DNA from: Macrostomum lignano
Taxonomy: Eukaryota
Assembly (NCBI GenBank): GCA_002269645.1
Contig: NIVC01000578.1
Span: 386,549 to 450,548, forward strand
Length of the DNA: 64,000 bases
Reading direction: 5' to 3'
Shown here: in pieces, positions 51,850-63,745 of the stretch
How positions within the stretch are numbered: the first letter of the stretch is position 1
Layout of the letters: each line of letters starts with the position of its first letter
Notes under the pieces: generated by a model
The model's database searches: none
What the model was told of the DNA's origin: nothing
The model's input: the letters and a program-made list of their open reading frames with translations, nothing else
Made by a program: the position numbers and the translations under genes

Positions 51850-52722
51850 ATTAGCAATCCATTTTTTCGATTCCTATTTATCCGTGGGATAAATAAGCAG
51901 TCCATTATTTACATTCGTTATAATCCGTGGTATAGATTAGCAATCCATTATTTACATTCGTTATAATCCATGGGATGGATTAGCAATCCATTATTTACAT
52001 TCGTGATAATCCGTAGGATAGATTAGCAATCCATTATTTACATCCTTTATAGTCTATCGGGATAGATTAGCAATCCATTATTTACATTCGTTATAATCCG
52101 TAGGATAGATTAGCAATCCATTATTACGAAGTGTATTCCTTATACTCTGTAGAATCCTTTCGTCCTTCATACTCATAAATAGGATAGATTAGCAGTCCAC
52201 ACCCAAGGACTACTTAAGTCCTTGTGCTGAAAAAATGAAAACCTCCTATCTCTGTAGTGTATTTTTCGGCGAAAAGTTGCCTTCAAAACATTTACCACAG
52301 ATTTCGAGTGTTGCGTCCTTCTACTTAAGTTGTCCTTGTCTACACCTCCTTCATACTCATAAATAGGCTAGATTAGCAATCCACCACCTCCTTCATACTC
52401 ATAAATAGGCTAGATTAGCAATCCACCACCTCCTTCATACTCATAAATAGGCTAGATTAGCAATCCACCACCTCCTTCATACTCATAAATAGGCTAGATT
52501 AGCAATCCACCAGCTCCTTCATACTCATAAATAGGCTAGATTAGCAATCCACCACCTCCTTCATACTCATAAATAGGCTAGATTAGCAATCCACCACCTC
52601 CTTCATACTCATAAATAGGCTAGATTAGCAATCCACCACCTCCTTCATACTCATAAATAGGCTAGATTAGCAATCCACCACCTCCTTCATACTCATAAAT
52701 AGGCTAGATTAGCAATCCACCA
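51850..52722. repeat. Degenerate ~43-bp repeats (51850-52200) and a 42-bp array (~9 copies, 52343-52722)
   Basis: Both contain TAGATTAGCAATCCA; 42-bp unit CCACCACCTCCTTCATACTCATAAATAGGCTAGATTAGCAAT. Confidence 0.9.
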
Positions 52723-52814
52723 GCTCCCGCTAGGTAGCAGAGCTCAAAGCTGCCAGGCGCGCCAACCAGTCGACCCAGTGCTTTTCGTCCGAAGTCTGAC
52801 ATTTTTACTTTCAG

Positions 52815-52918
52815 ATGCCGGCGCGCACAGCATAGAGAGACAGTGTGTGAGCACACAGTGAGCACACAGTGAGCACACAGTGAGCACACAGTGAGGCTCA
52901 TGCGGCCCAGAGCAGCGG
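52815..52918 (+). other. Candidate 5'UTR exon containing a 6-codon uORF
   Basis: Acceptor TTTTTACTTTCAG|ATG CCG GCG CGC ACA GCA TAG; donor CGG|GTAAGA at 52919. Confidence 0.4.
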
Positions 52919-53164
52919 GTAAGACTCTGGGCGGCTGCTGAGTCAGTGAGATGCCCGCCCTCTCAGTTAGCGCGCCTGGATCCGTGAAGAGCCGAGCTGG
53001 GCTCAAATCCCGGATTAAGTCCTGTTCCATGGACACCCCTACTAGAGACCTGGACTGGAAACAGAGCTCCCTGAGCAGCAACTACTTAGCAACTTGAAAA
53101 TAACTGAACTCAAAGTTTACACAATCTCGCTGGAGTTTTAGAAAACCAAAACTCTTAAATCATA

Positions 53165-54297
53165 AATTAGTAGATTGGCAAAGTGAAGCATCTCAAATTA
53201 GTAGATTCGAAGAATGGAGCATCTCAAATTGGTAGATTAATAGAATGGAGCATCTCAAATTGGTAAATTGGCAGAATGGAGCATCTCAAATTGGTAGATT
53301 GGTAGAATGAAGAATCTCAAATTGGTAGATTAATAGAATGGAGCATCTCAAATTGGTAGATTGGCAGAATGGAGCATCTCAAATTGGTAGATTGGTAGAA
53401 TGGAGCATCTCAAATTGGTAGATTGGCAGAATGGAGCATCTCAAATTGGTAGATTAATAGAATGAAGCATCTCAAATTGGTAGATTGGCAGAATGGAGCA
53501 TCTCAAATTGGTAGATTGGCAGAATGGAGCATCTCAAATTGGTAGATTGGTAGAATGAAGAATCTCAAATTGGTAGATTGGCAGAATGGAGCATCTCAAA
53601 TTGGTAGATTGGCAGAATGGAGCATCTCAAATTGGTAGATTGGTAGAATGGAGCATCTCAAATTGGTAGATTAATAGAATGGAGCATCTCAAATTGGTAG
53701 ATTGGCAGAATGGAGCATCTCAAATTGGTAGATTGGTAGAATGGAGCATCTCAAATTGGTAGATTGGCAGAATGGAGCATCTCAAATTGGTAGATTAATA
53801 GAATGAAGCATCTCAAATTGGTAGATTGGCAGAATGGAGCATCTCAAATTGGTAGATTGGCAGAATGGAGCATCTCAAATTGGTAGATTGGTAGAATGAA
53901 GAATCTCAAATTGGTAGATTGGCAGAATGGAGCATCTCAAATTGGTAGATTGGCAGAATGAAGCATCTCAAATTGGTAGATTGGTAGAATGAAGAATCTC
54001 AAATTGGTAGATTGGTAGAATGGAGCATCTCAAATTGGTAGATTGGTAGAATGGAGCATCTCAAATTGGTAGATTGGTAGAATGGAGCATCTCAAATTGG
54101 TAGATTGGTAGAATGGAGAATCTCAAATTGGTAGATTGGTAGAATGGAGCATCTCAAATTGGTAGATTGGTAGAATGGAGCATCTCAAATTGGTAGATTG
54201 GTAGAATGGAGCATCTCAAATTGGTAGATTGGTAGAATGGAGCATCTCAAATTGGTAGATTGGTAGAATGGAGCATCTCAAATTGGTAGATTGGCAG
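53165..54297. repeat. 31-bp minisatellite, ~36 copies
   Basis: Unit GAGCATCTCAAATTGGTAGATTGGCAGAATG. Confidence 0.95.
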
Positions 54298-55260
54298 AGT
54301 GGCGATATCAAATAACCATGAGAATCAACGAACTCTGACGTCAAATCGAGTAAGTTTTTCACAGATCTGCCAAGCCATGAAAATGCAGACTGTTTAAAAG
54401 CTCAGCAAGTTTGTGGAGAATCAAAGCGGCCACGGCACGAGAATTCCAAATAAGGAAGCTTGGGGATGCCTCTGGGCGGCATTCAATAAATTTGCTGCCA
54501 TGAAATGCCGCACGGGATCTCCATTGAAACCCTGCCGCGGTGATGTCAGCAGATGCCCCCCCGGACACCTCCCGGCCCACGCAGTCAGTCCTCTCCGGGA
54601 AATTTGTCACATTTGCCGGTATTTTCTCGGCGGGGGATTTCGGGAAAAAAACAAATTTAAAGCCTCCATGGGGGATTTCCGACTGAATTTGAGGATCGAG
54701 TTTCGCACTCAGTCTGTGGGATCGGATGAGCTCCGCGTGGGCGACTCTCGATGCTGATCCGAGCGCTCAGGTTGCGCCAGGCTCAAACTTGCAGGAGACC
54801 CCGCTGCACTAAAGGCGGCCACCTGTCTGTTTACACAGCCAGTCACAGTGCTTTCTGGGGCTTTTAGTGGGTCCTGAGACCTCGGCAACTCACTGCTTGT
54901 CTGTCCCTCCGTCACGATGGGGTCGCAACTCGGCTTGCCCACTCGTGTGTCAGCTGACAGCAGCTTCCATGCAGCAGCTGCATCATCTGGGTCTCTGCCG
55001 ACCCAAGCCCCATTGTGTGCTCTCACCCCCCCCCCTGCACCCCATTGTGCCACCCTACGCTACTACTGGCTTGTGGCTCAATAGAGCCCTCCGTCTGGCC
55101 CTCAACCTGCCTCGGCCCCTCCACTGAGTCGCCCGCCTCCCCTCCGCCTCCGCTGGCCGAGCTCTCGCGGTCTTTATCAATGTCAGCGGGCGGGGCGCGT
55201 GCCCGGGCCAGCCGCAGATTCCAAGCCCTCACTGACGCCATCCTGTGAAGCATATCTCTG

Positions 55261-58200
55261 ATGCAATCGAAAAATCACCAAGCAGACGCAGCTAAGCTGA
55301 CGGCACCGACCAAAGAGATGAGCGAGGAGGAAACTGGCAGCAATGGCGGCGGCGGCGGCAGCAGCAGCAGCAGCAGCAGCGGCAGCCGCAGCCGCAGCAG
55401 CGCCTTCAAGCACATGAAGCTGAAGCTGCACCTCGCAGCCACTGGAGAGGACATGGAGGAGGCAAAGCAGGAGCCCGACGCGAAAAGCGGAACGGACGAC
55501 TCCGACAAGGTGCCCACCACCGGCGACGTCAGCGACAACTCCGACGACTCGGAGGTGAGCAACCCGAGCCAGCTGCTCAACCGGATTCTCAACGAGTTCG
55601 GCGTGTCATTCGTGCGCGACAACTCGAGCTGCAAGCTGGCCACCTGCGGCCTGAAGCTCTGCTCCCAGCAGCTGCTGCCGCCGATGGACGACAGCGACGA
55701 CCAGCCGTCGGAGGCGGCTTCGGAAGCGGCTGCAGCGTCAGCGGCTGCCGCGGCCTCAGCGGACGGCGGCAGCGACAACCCGGACGGGTCGCTCTACTAC
55801 ACCAAGAAGTTTCATGAGAAATTCGCCAGCGTGAACCGCAAGCGCAAGCTGGAGGCACCGGGACTCCCGCTGAACAACTTCGTGCGCTTCTACAGCGGCG
55901 GGGAGCACGCCGGCGCCATGGAGGAGCTCGGCGACGCCCTGGTCGAGACAATGTCCAGCACCAGCACGCTCAACGATGACACCGCGAGTCTGAAGGATTC
56001 GACTGCGGGCTCCGAGGCGGATGCCTCTTCGATGCCGCTGGCTTCCTCTGCGGGGGCGAAGGCAGCGGCCGCAGCTGCCGCGGTCGCCTCGGGGGAGCCG
56101 TGCGCTGTGTGCGAGGACCGAGCCACCGGCCTGCACTACGGAGTCATGACCTGCGAGGGGTGAGCAGGGTTCGATCTTGAGTGATGATGCGTGTTGAGGG
56201 TCCCAGAGAGCCGGGACTCCCCACCGCAGAGGGCTTTGTTCCGTAGCAGACAGGTCAGGCAGCTTTCTCAAAGCCGCCACCCCTCCCCGCAGCTGCAAGG
56301 GCTTCTTCAAGCGCACCGTGCAGAACCGCCGAATCTACGGGTGCGGCTTCGGCCAGGGCTGCGACGTGCAGCTGCAGCGCCGGAACAACTGCCAGTTCTG
56401 CCGCTTCAGGAAGTGCCTGGACACCGGCATGGTTGTGGAAGGTACGGAAGAGATAGCTGACGGTGAGACAGCTGACGGTGAGATAGCTGACGTGAGATAG
56501 CTGACGGTGAGATAGCTGACGGTGAGACAGCTGACGGTGAGATAGCTGACGGTGAGACAGCTGACGGTGAGATAGCTGACTGAGATAGCTGACGGTGAGA
56601 CAGCTGACGTGAGATAGCTGACGGTGAGATAGCTGACGGTGAGACAGCTGACGGTGAGATAGCTGACGTGAGATAGCTGACGGTGAGACAGCTGACGGTG
56701 AGACAGCTGACGGTGAGATAGCTGACGGTGAGACAGCTGACGGTGAGATAGCTGACGTGAGATAGCTGACGGTGAGACAGCTGACGGTGAGACAGCTGAC
56801 GGTGAGATAGCTGACGGTGAGATAGCTGACGTGAGATAGCTGACGGTGAGATAGCTGACGGTGAGATAGCTGACGGTGAGATAGCTGACGGTGAGACAGC
56901 TGACGCCCATGAAGGCCAACCTGTAAGGCACAGAGACAGAGACTGTACATGCCTGACGAGGAGAAAGTCAGAGCTTTGTACACCCTGTGTGAGTTCGAGC
57001 CTGCTTGCTCAAGGGTCACCGCCACTCTGAATGGGCCTGACTGATCCTGCATTGATGCACCCGCCGCCTCTTTCAGCGGTCCGCGAGAACCACATGCCGG
57101 GCGGCAGAAACTCGAAGGCTGTCTACGGAAAACTATTTGTAAGTCTATTCTCCTGACTCTGACTGGGGTTTGTCACAGCATGACTGACTCTGACTGGGGT
57201 TTGTCACAGCATGACTGACTCTGACTGGGGTTTGTCACAGCATGACTGACTCTGGCTGGGGTTTGTCACAGCATGACTGACTCTGACTGAGGTTTGTCAC
57301 AGCATGACTGACTCTGACTGGGGTTTGTCACAGCATGACTGACTCTGACTGAGGTTTGTCACAGCGTGACTGACTCTGACTGGGGTTTGTCACAGCATGA
57401 CTGACTCTGACTGGGATTTGTCACAGCATGACTGACTCTGACTGAGGTTTGTCACAGCATGACTGACTCTGACTGGAGTTTGTCACAGCATGACTGACTC
57501 TGACTGAGGTTTGTCACAGCGTGACTGACTCTGACTGGGGTTTGTCACAGCATGACTGACTCTGACTGGGATTTGTCACAGCATGATTGACTCTGACAGA
57601 CATTTGTCACAGCATGACTGACTCAGCTTTGCCGCCTACTGCAGGCGTCAAGCGCAAAGCAGCCGCGCTCTGAGGCGGGCGGAGACTCGACCAGACAGCA
57701 GCAGGCCGGACCTTCGGCGGCAGCCGATGAAGCCGCCGCGACAACGCAGCAGCCGCAGAGCCAGAAGCCGCAGCAGCAGAAGCCGCCGTCCAGACCGACG
57801 GGTCACGCGTCGCGAGGCGGCAAGACGGGCCGCCAGCAGCCGTCAGCGGCCGCTTCAAAGAAAGCGGCGGCTGCTGCGGCTGGCTTCTCGTACGGACCGC
57901 CGCCGCTGCCGCCGCCGCCGCCACAGCAGCCGCCGCAGCCGCCGTTCAGCGCTGGGTTGACTCGAGCGCCGCAACCACCGCTGCTGCCACCGCCGAGGGA
58001 TGGCGCCTTCGGCATGATGGGGCATCTGCAGCAGCCGCCGCGAATGCCGTCAGGCCTGGGCCTGCCCGACCCTGCGTTCTTGGCGGCCGCCACCGCCGGC
58101 CACCGCTACTTCCAGACACCGGCGCCCCCGCCGCTGATTGGCTACTCAGCCGCCTCTGCTTCCATGAGCCCCGGCCCGAGCGGCGCCAGGCTTCAACAGG

Positions 58201-58338
58201 CGTCGCTGCCGCCTCCGCTGCGCCGACCGCCGCTGCCGCCGCCACCAGGCGGTGCGGCCTATTATCCTCAGATGCCCGCAGCAGCCTCCGACACAGGCGG
58301 CATACCGTACTCCAACTTTGGGCAGCAGTACCAGCAGT

Positions 58339-58381
<43 letters not shown>

Positions 58382-60185
58382 TCAGTACCCGCCTCATCCA
58401 GTGCAGCAGCAGCAGCAGCAGCAGGCGGATTCGTCAGATCCGTCTCAAGCGCTCCGCCTGCTGTCCAGCGGACTGGCGCACCCGCTGCCTGTCAGCCTGG
58501 ACCTCGTGCGCGAAGCCATCGACAAGTCGGACGGCCTGGCCGGCTGCCTGACGGAGCTGGAGAAGGTCTGCCTGATGTGCATCTTCCGCTGGAGCCGCGA
58601 GACCGAGGCTGCACCCGGGGTTGGCAGCGGTGCCGCCTTCGCCAACTGGAAGCACATCCTGCTGCTGTCCGTGACGCGCCACTTCCTGGTGAACTCGCAG
58701 ACTCTGCGCCAGGCCGGCACCACCTCGATGAGCCACCTGGCCTTCGAGCTCGGCTGTCGGATGAAGCGGTACGCGGCCGAGCACCGCGTTGACCAGGCCG
58801 ACCCCGACGGGAGAATGAGTGAGTCTGGAGGGGCGGCGCTGTCCTGTCCTTGGGGGGGGGGGCGCCAGTCAGGTGGGTCAATATTCAGGGAGGGCGAGGC
58901 GGATGCCAGTCAGGTGGGTCAATATTCAGGAAGGAGAAGGCGGATGCCAGTCAGGTGGGTCAATATTCAGGAAGGGGAAGGTGGATGCCAGTCAGAGGAA
59001 TCATAGCCTTTATTAAACATGCTCAGAAAGTTCTTAAAGAATCGATAAAACTAGAATTGACTAGAATTGCAACTAGAATTGCAGAGCCCAGCTTGCAAGC
59101 AGCTTCATCAACCCCATCATTCCAGACTCCCTGCTGGCCGAGATGGCCGAGTTCTGCTCCGTAATTCTGGACGTGGTTCTCAACTCCAGAAAGGACGTCA
59201 TCAGCGACTTCATCTTCCTGTTGAGCAGCCACTCGGAAGAGCGTGAGCAGAGCCAGTGCTAATTTTGCTTCTAAACTCTGCTTTCGAGCCCGAGAATTGT
59301 TTATCAGTTGGTTGGTTGTCGCATTTTCCAGAGCACTGGGTGCGGTGGTCTGACTGAGTAAAGCTGAGAAACACTCCATCTGCAGAGAAGAATAGGCTGA
59401 CCCGTGACAATGAGCCCCTGTGCTGACAGTAGAAGATCAGATAGAGAGGGTAGGGGGGCTGCTGCAGCCCTCTCTTACTACGACAGAAGCGCAGACGCAC
59501 AAGCAGTCTCAGACGCTGCCATTGTCCTTCGCTCTTTTAGCCTACCCTAATAAACAAGGCTCGTAAAGAGAAGTTTTCGCAGGCCTGGGGCAAGCATGGG
59601 GTCATTGCGCAGAGCAAACGCATGCGGGGCGCCGCCAGGCTCGGAGCCCTAATTTCCGAGCCAGCTGCAGATGGGGCGCCGTGAAACGTGCTGCCAGTCG
59701 GCTCACAGAGCCGCAGATTGCAGCGGGGCCACGTGCGAGAGCGAAAATGCTTCAGCTCTCAAGACAATGGGCGGCTGGGTTCGCAATTAGTGGAGCAGTG
59801 AGACACGCTGTACAATGGAGCCTCACTGGGTTGTTGGAGTCGCACGAGCGGCTGCTGGGCCATGGGCATCCCGAGCTAAACATCTGGTTCGGGGACACCC
59901 AGAGTAGTTCCTCCACAAGCCCGCAAGCCACTGCTGCACGGGGGCACATTTTCGAGACCTTTAAGATGGGTAAATATTTACGAAAAGCTATAGTGAGCCT
60001 GCCGCCGTTCCAGATTCTATTTTCAGAACTCTCTGGCGCGGGACGGCGCAGACTGAGTGGCCTCAAACAGGCAGCAACACAAGCAGCGTGTATTCAAGAT
60101 GTCCCTGATTTGCAGATGGGAATCCAACTGGCACCCGGATAAACCTTGAGAAATTGTTGGCCTTGTTTTAGACATCTAGACATTT

Positions 60186-60218
<33 letters not shown>

Positions 60219-60947
60219 TGATTACACCTGCCAAAAGTGGGTTCGATGTGCAACCGACAGCTCAGCCGCAGCCATTGCGCGGTGCATCTGAAGGCTGCGT
60301 ACGGCTGTTCAGTCCAAGGACTGAAGGGTCACCACACACCCTCAATTACCCCAGCTAATGCTGGCACCCATTTTACAGCTGGGTGAACTGAAGCAATGCA
60401 GAGTTACAAGTGTCTTGCTTAAGGACTCAAATTGTTCCATTGGGATCGGAAATCGAACCCCCTACCTTCAAGTCGAGAGTCCGACGCTCTCTAGCCACTA
60501 GGCTACAACTGGGGGTTGCAGACTTCTAGACAAACAAGTACGAGTAGTGTAGTGTGTGTCTGCGTACAGTATGGATATTAGCGCATCCTAGTGGTCCTTG
60601 AGCGCTGGTTGTGTGCCAATAATGACTAATGCCTACTATTCAGATGAGTCACACCGTCTCACTCCACCCTTCATTGCCTCCGCCAACTCACAGAAATTGT
60701 CTCCCGCCTGGAAAACCAGCCGCGCCTTCTGCCCGCGCTGCGGGCCTTCCGGGCGGCAGCGACCGCGCTGGAGACGGCGCGCCCTGATCAGCAGGCGCTG
60801 CTGATGGCGCTGCTGCTCGGCTCTGCTCCGGTGCCGGTCAGCTCCACTGCCGCGGCGTCGTCGGCCGAGAGGATTCCAACGGCTCTGACGACCGTCGCGA
60901 CGTCCAGCAGCGCGTCTTCGGCCGCAGCGCCTGGCAGCGTTGCCTAG
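55261..60947 (+). CDS. NR6A: Nuclear receptor of subfamily 6 (GCNF/Hr4-like); exons 55261-56159, 56293-56441, 57077-57138, 57645-~58818, ~59085-59242, 60694-60947
   Basis: [23 protein letters not shown]|[17 protein letters not shown]...[13 protein letters not shown] followed by [17 protein letters not shown], the NR6A-type T/A-box. The terminal exon [12 protein letters not shown]...ALLMALL resembles LBD helices 10-12. All junctions phase-match except exon 4 to exon 5. Confidence 0.9.
56448..56905. repeat. 15/14-bp repeat at the 5' end of NR6A intron 2
   Basis: Unit GCTGACGGTGAGATA, about 30 copies, each containing GTGAGA. Confidence 0.95.
57154..57624. repeat. 31-bp repeat filling NR6A intron 3, ~15 copies
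   Basis: Unit TGACTGACTCTGACTGGGGTTTGTCACAGCA. Confidence 0.95.
58864..58996. repeat. 41-bp repeat (3 copies plus a partial) in NR6A intron 4
   Basis: Each unit begins GCCAGTCAGGTGGGTCAATATTCAGG. Confidence 0.9.
60186..60510 (-). mobile_element. tRNA-derived SINE with a CORE-like central domain and (TTA)n tail, in the last NR6A intron
   Basis: Minus strand reads TAGCCTAGTGG (A box), GGTTCGATTTC (B box), CCTTAAGCAAGACACTT...CAGCTGTAAAATGGG (CORE-SINE-like), then (ATT)n. Confidence 0.8.
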
Positions 60948-61040
60948 GAAACCAAGGCCTCAGCTGATTTCGACTGCACATGTACATTGCTTGCCTCAGT
61001 TTAACAAAACTCTGTGATGCGTGATTTTCTTGCTGCACCC

Positions 61041-61410
61041 TGAGCCCTGTAGCAACGGCCAATGTTTACCTTGACGACCCTGGGTCCTATAGCAACGGCC
61101 AATGTTTACCTTGACGACCCTGAGCCCTGTAGCAACGGCCAATGTTTACCTTGACGACCCTGAGCCCTGTAGCAACGGCCAATGTTTACCTTGACGACCC
61201 TGGGTCCTGTAGCAACGGCCAATGTTTACCTTGACGACCCTGGGTCCTGTAGCAACGGCCAATGTTTACCTTGACGACCCTGGGTCCTGTAGCAACGGCC
61301 AATGTTTACCTTGACGACCCTGGGTCCTATAGCAACGGCCAATGTTTACCTTGACGACCCTGAGCCCTGTAGCAACGGCCAATGTTTACCTTGACGACCC
61401 TGAGCCCTGT
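61041..61410. repeat. 40-bp minisatellite, ~9 copies
   Basis: Unit TGAGCCCTGTAGCAACGGCCAATGTTTACCTTGACGACCC. Confidence 0.95.
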
Positions 61411-62152
61411 TGCCCGGTTGCCATTGGTAACTATTTTTGTTGTCATAGACAGATTTTAATTGCCATCATACCCACTGCGAGCCGCGGAACATGTTGCTGC
61501 ACTCAAATTTGCATTTTCAATATATACGTCTAGATAACCCGTCACAGCACAGCCTTCATTGTCTCACCGATTCCAAATGTCAATATTTTTGTTAAAGAAT
61601 TCTACTTAAAAGTGAAGAGGAACCAACTGCATCGAGACAGATGTGCAACTTTTCTTGTCTGCACTTTTCCGCCGGGGAAACTAGAAGGAAAATCCTCATC
61701 TCTGCATTGCGGACTGCTTCAACCCGAGCTGTGTATTTCACAAAAACTGCGGCTTCACTGAAAATGCTTACAAAAAATTGGGGAGCCCGTGCGCCCTTGG
61801 CGCGGCTCCCCACTGTTTGGTGGAGAACAAAAATGACTCGAATAAAAATTGTTTCCAGCTCGCCCCTCTGCCGATCTTCATCTTCGATTCTTTGCGGGTT
61901 CCGCATAGCGACAGGGAGGTTTTAAGTGATAAAATATTGATATTAATGAAACTGACTCACGAGACTGCTTGCTTTGCCTGTACAAAGTTAATTAGAAATA
62001 AGGAGGGAACAGAAGCACCTAAACAGTAGAATGTGGGGGGGGGGGCTGCAATTAAAGATGCAACTCAGGCTGGGGTGCTGCTGTGACGCAAAAAAGTTCT
62101 GAACTCAGCCGGTTACACATTAAACAGACTGTCGGGTTGCTCCAAACCTACT

Positions 62153-63745
62153 CTACTTAGAAGTTGACGAGGACAATGCGGTGCCATTGGAGGCTCCGGA
62201 ATTTTTCCTGCCGAGCTGCGAGCCGAGGTCCCAGCCCAGCCCGTTGTCCAGCGCGTGCAGGCACATCCGCAGCGCCTTCTCGCCCGGCGCCCGGACCACC
62301 ACGCGGTGCAGGGGGACGTGGCCGGGCCGCCGCGCCCGCTGGAAGACGCCGATGTAGCAGCCGTAGCGCTGGCTGATGCTCTTCACCTTGCGGTCGCCAG
62401 GGTCGCTGAGGATTTCGCGCAGGCTCGGGCTGTCCCGCACCGTGAAGGCGTGTACGAGGTGGCAAGCGGCCGCGGCGCTGGCGGTGGTGACGGATGTGGT
62501 GGCGGCGGTGGCCGCGGAGGCCGTGGCGGCGGATGTCACGGCGGTGGTGCTGCGGGACCGCAGTGGCTGCTGCCGCGGGTGGCCACCGGCAGCTGCGGGT
62601 TTCGCTGGCTCCGCGGCGATCAGCGCAGGCGGCGGCTTTGGCGCCGGTTTTGGCGGTGGCGGCGGCGGCGGTGACGAAGCCTTCACCAGGCTGGAGTTGT
62701 TCCTGACTGTCAGCGGGGCCTGCTGGAACTGGCGATGCGCCGTCTGGGTGAGGAAGTAGGGCGATGACACCCGCTGCTGCTGCAGGCCGCAGGGCTGGTG
62801 AAGCTGCTGCTGGTGCAGGTGGAGGAGAGGCGCAGACGGAGTTCGCGGCGGCGGCGGCGGCGGGGGCGGCTGCAGCGAGCTTCGAGTGCGCGGGTGGGCC
62901 TGCAGCTCAACCGCTGATGGCTTTCTCAGGAGCCGAGGCGCGGGCTTTGGGGCCGGCTGCGGCGGCTGCTTCTGCGCAGTGAGCGGTCGCTGAGAAGTCT
63001 GGACCGAGCCGACCAGTCGCTGCTGCTTGCAGGAGCTCTCCGGCGTGCGGGTCCGCGAGCTGGTCAGCTGCGGCTGCTCCGCTGCCAGGAGGCCGGCGGA
63101 CATGAGGCCGCCCATGAGCCGCTGCTCGAAGCGCTCCAGGATGGGCGGCAGGACCCGGCTGAGCAGCAGCCTGAGGCAGCCGCTCTTCACCACCGAGTAG
63201 ACGCTGCCGTCAGCTGCCGGTGGAGCCGCCTGCGACCCGGCATCGCCGCCGCCGACCCGCTGCGCTACTGCCTGCTCGAGCTTGTCCAGGTCGGCCTCGA
63301 ACTGCCGCACGACCGTCGACCGGAAGGTGGCCCGGTCCTCGGACAGCTCGCTGAGGCTGCTGCCGCCGCTGCTGCTGCTGAGAGCGTCGCCCTCGCCCTC
63401 GTTCTTCAGCAAGAAATTCTGATCGGCGCCGCCAGCTTGGCCGAGGTGAAAGTCCGCGACGCTGTCGTCAAAATTGTCGCAACAGTCCGACGGCGGTGGC
63501 GGCAGAGAAGGCGACGGCGACCGCAGAGACGTCGGCGAGGCCCTGGCGGGCGGCGGTGGCGGCGGCAGGGGAGGCGAGTTCGAGGGCCGCTGCAGCTGGC
63601 GGCTCCTCCCGTGCGGCCGCCGGTGGAAGTTGCGGCCGCAGTCGATGAGTGAGCAGTCAGACAGGGTGCTGCAGACGCTGTCGCAGTCTTGAGTTGGTGC
63701 CACCGAGCTGCTCAGGAGCTGCTCGCGAGCTGCCACCCTGGCCAT
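62153..63745 (-). CDS. Intronless 530-aa P/S/Q-rich protein with a C-terminal degenerate KH-like domain
   Basis: Long ORF with strong codon bias. C-terminal HAFTVRDSPSLREILSDPGDRKVKSISQRYGCYIGVF...HRVVVRAPGEKALRMCLHALD follows the type-I KH pattern, with SDPG in place of GxxG. Confidence 0.75.
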   Translation of the reverse strand: MARVAAREQLLSSSVAPTQDCDSVCSTLSDCSLIDCGRNFHRRPHGRSRQLQRPSNSPPLPPPPPPARASPTSLRSPSPSLPPPPSDCCDNFDDSVADFHLGQAGGADQNFLLKNEGEGDALSSSSGGSSLSELSEDRATFRSTVVRQFEADLDKLEQAVAQRVGGGDAGSQAAPPAADGSVYSVVKSGCLRLLLSRVLPPILERFEQRLMGGLMSAGLLAAEQPQLTSSRTRTPESSCKQQRLVGSVQTSQRPLTAQKQPPQPAPKPAPRLLRKPSAVELQAHPRTRSSLQPPPPPPPPRTPSAPLLHLHQQQLHQPCGLQQQRVSSPYFLTQTAHRQFQQAPLTVRNNSSLVKASSPPPPPPPKPAPKPPPALIAAEPAKPAAAGGHPRQQPLRSRSTTAVTSAATASAATAATTSVTTASAAAACHLVHAFTVRDSPSLREILSDPGDRKVKSISQRYGCYIGVFQRARRPGHVPLHRVVVRAPGEKALRMCLHALDNGLGWDLGSQLGRKNSGASNGTALSSSTSK

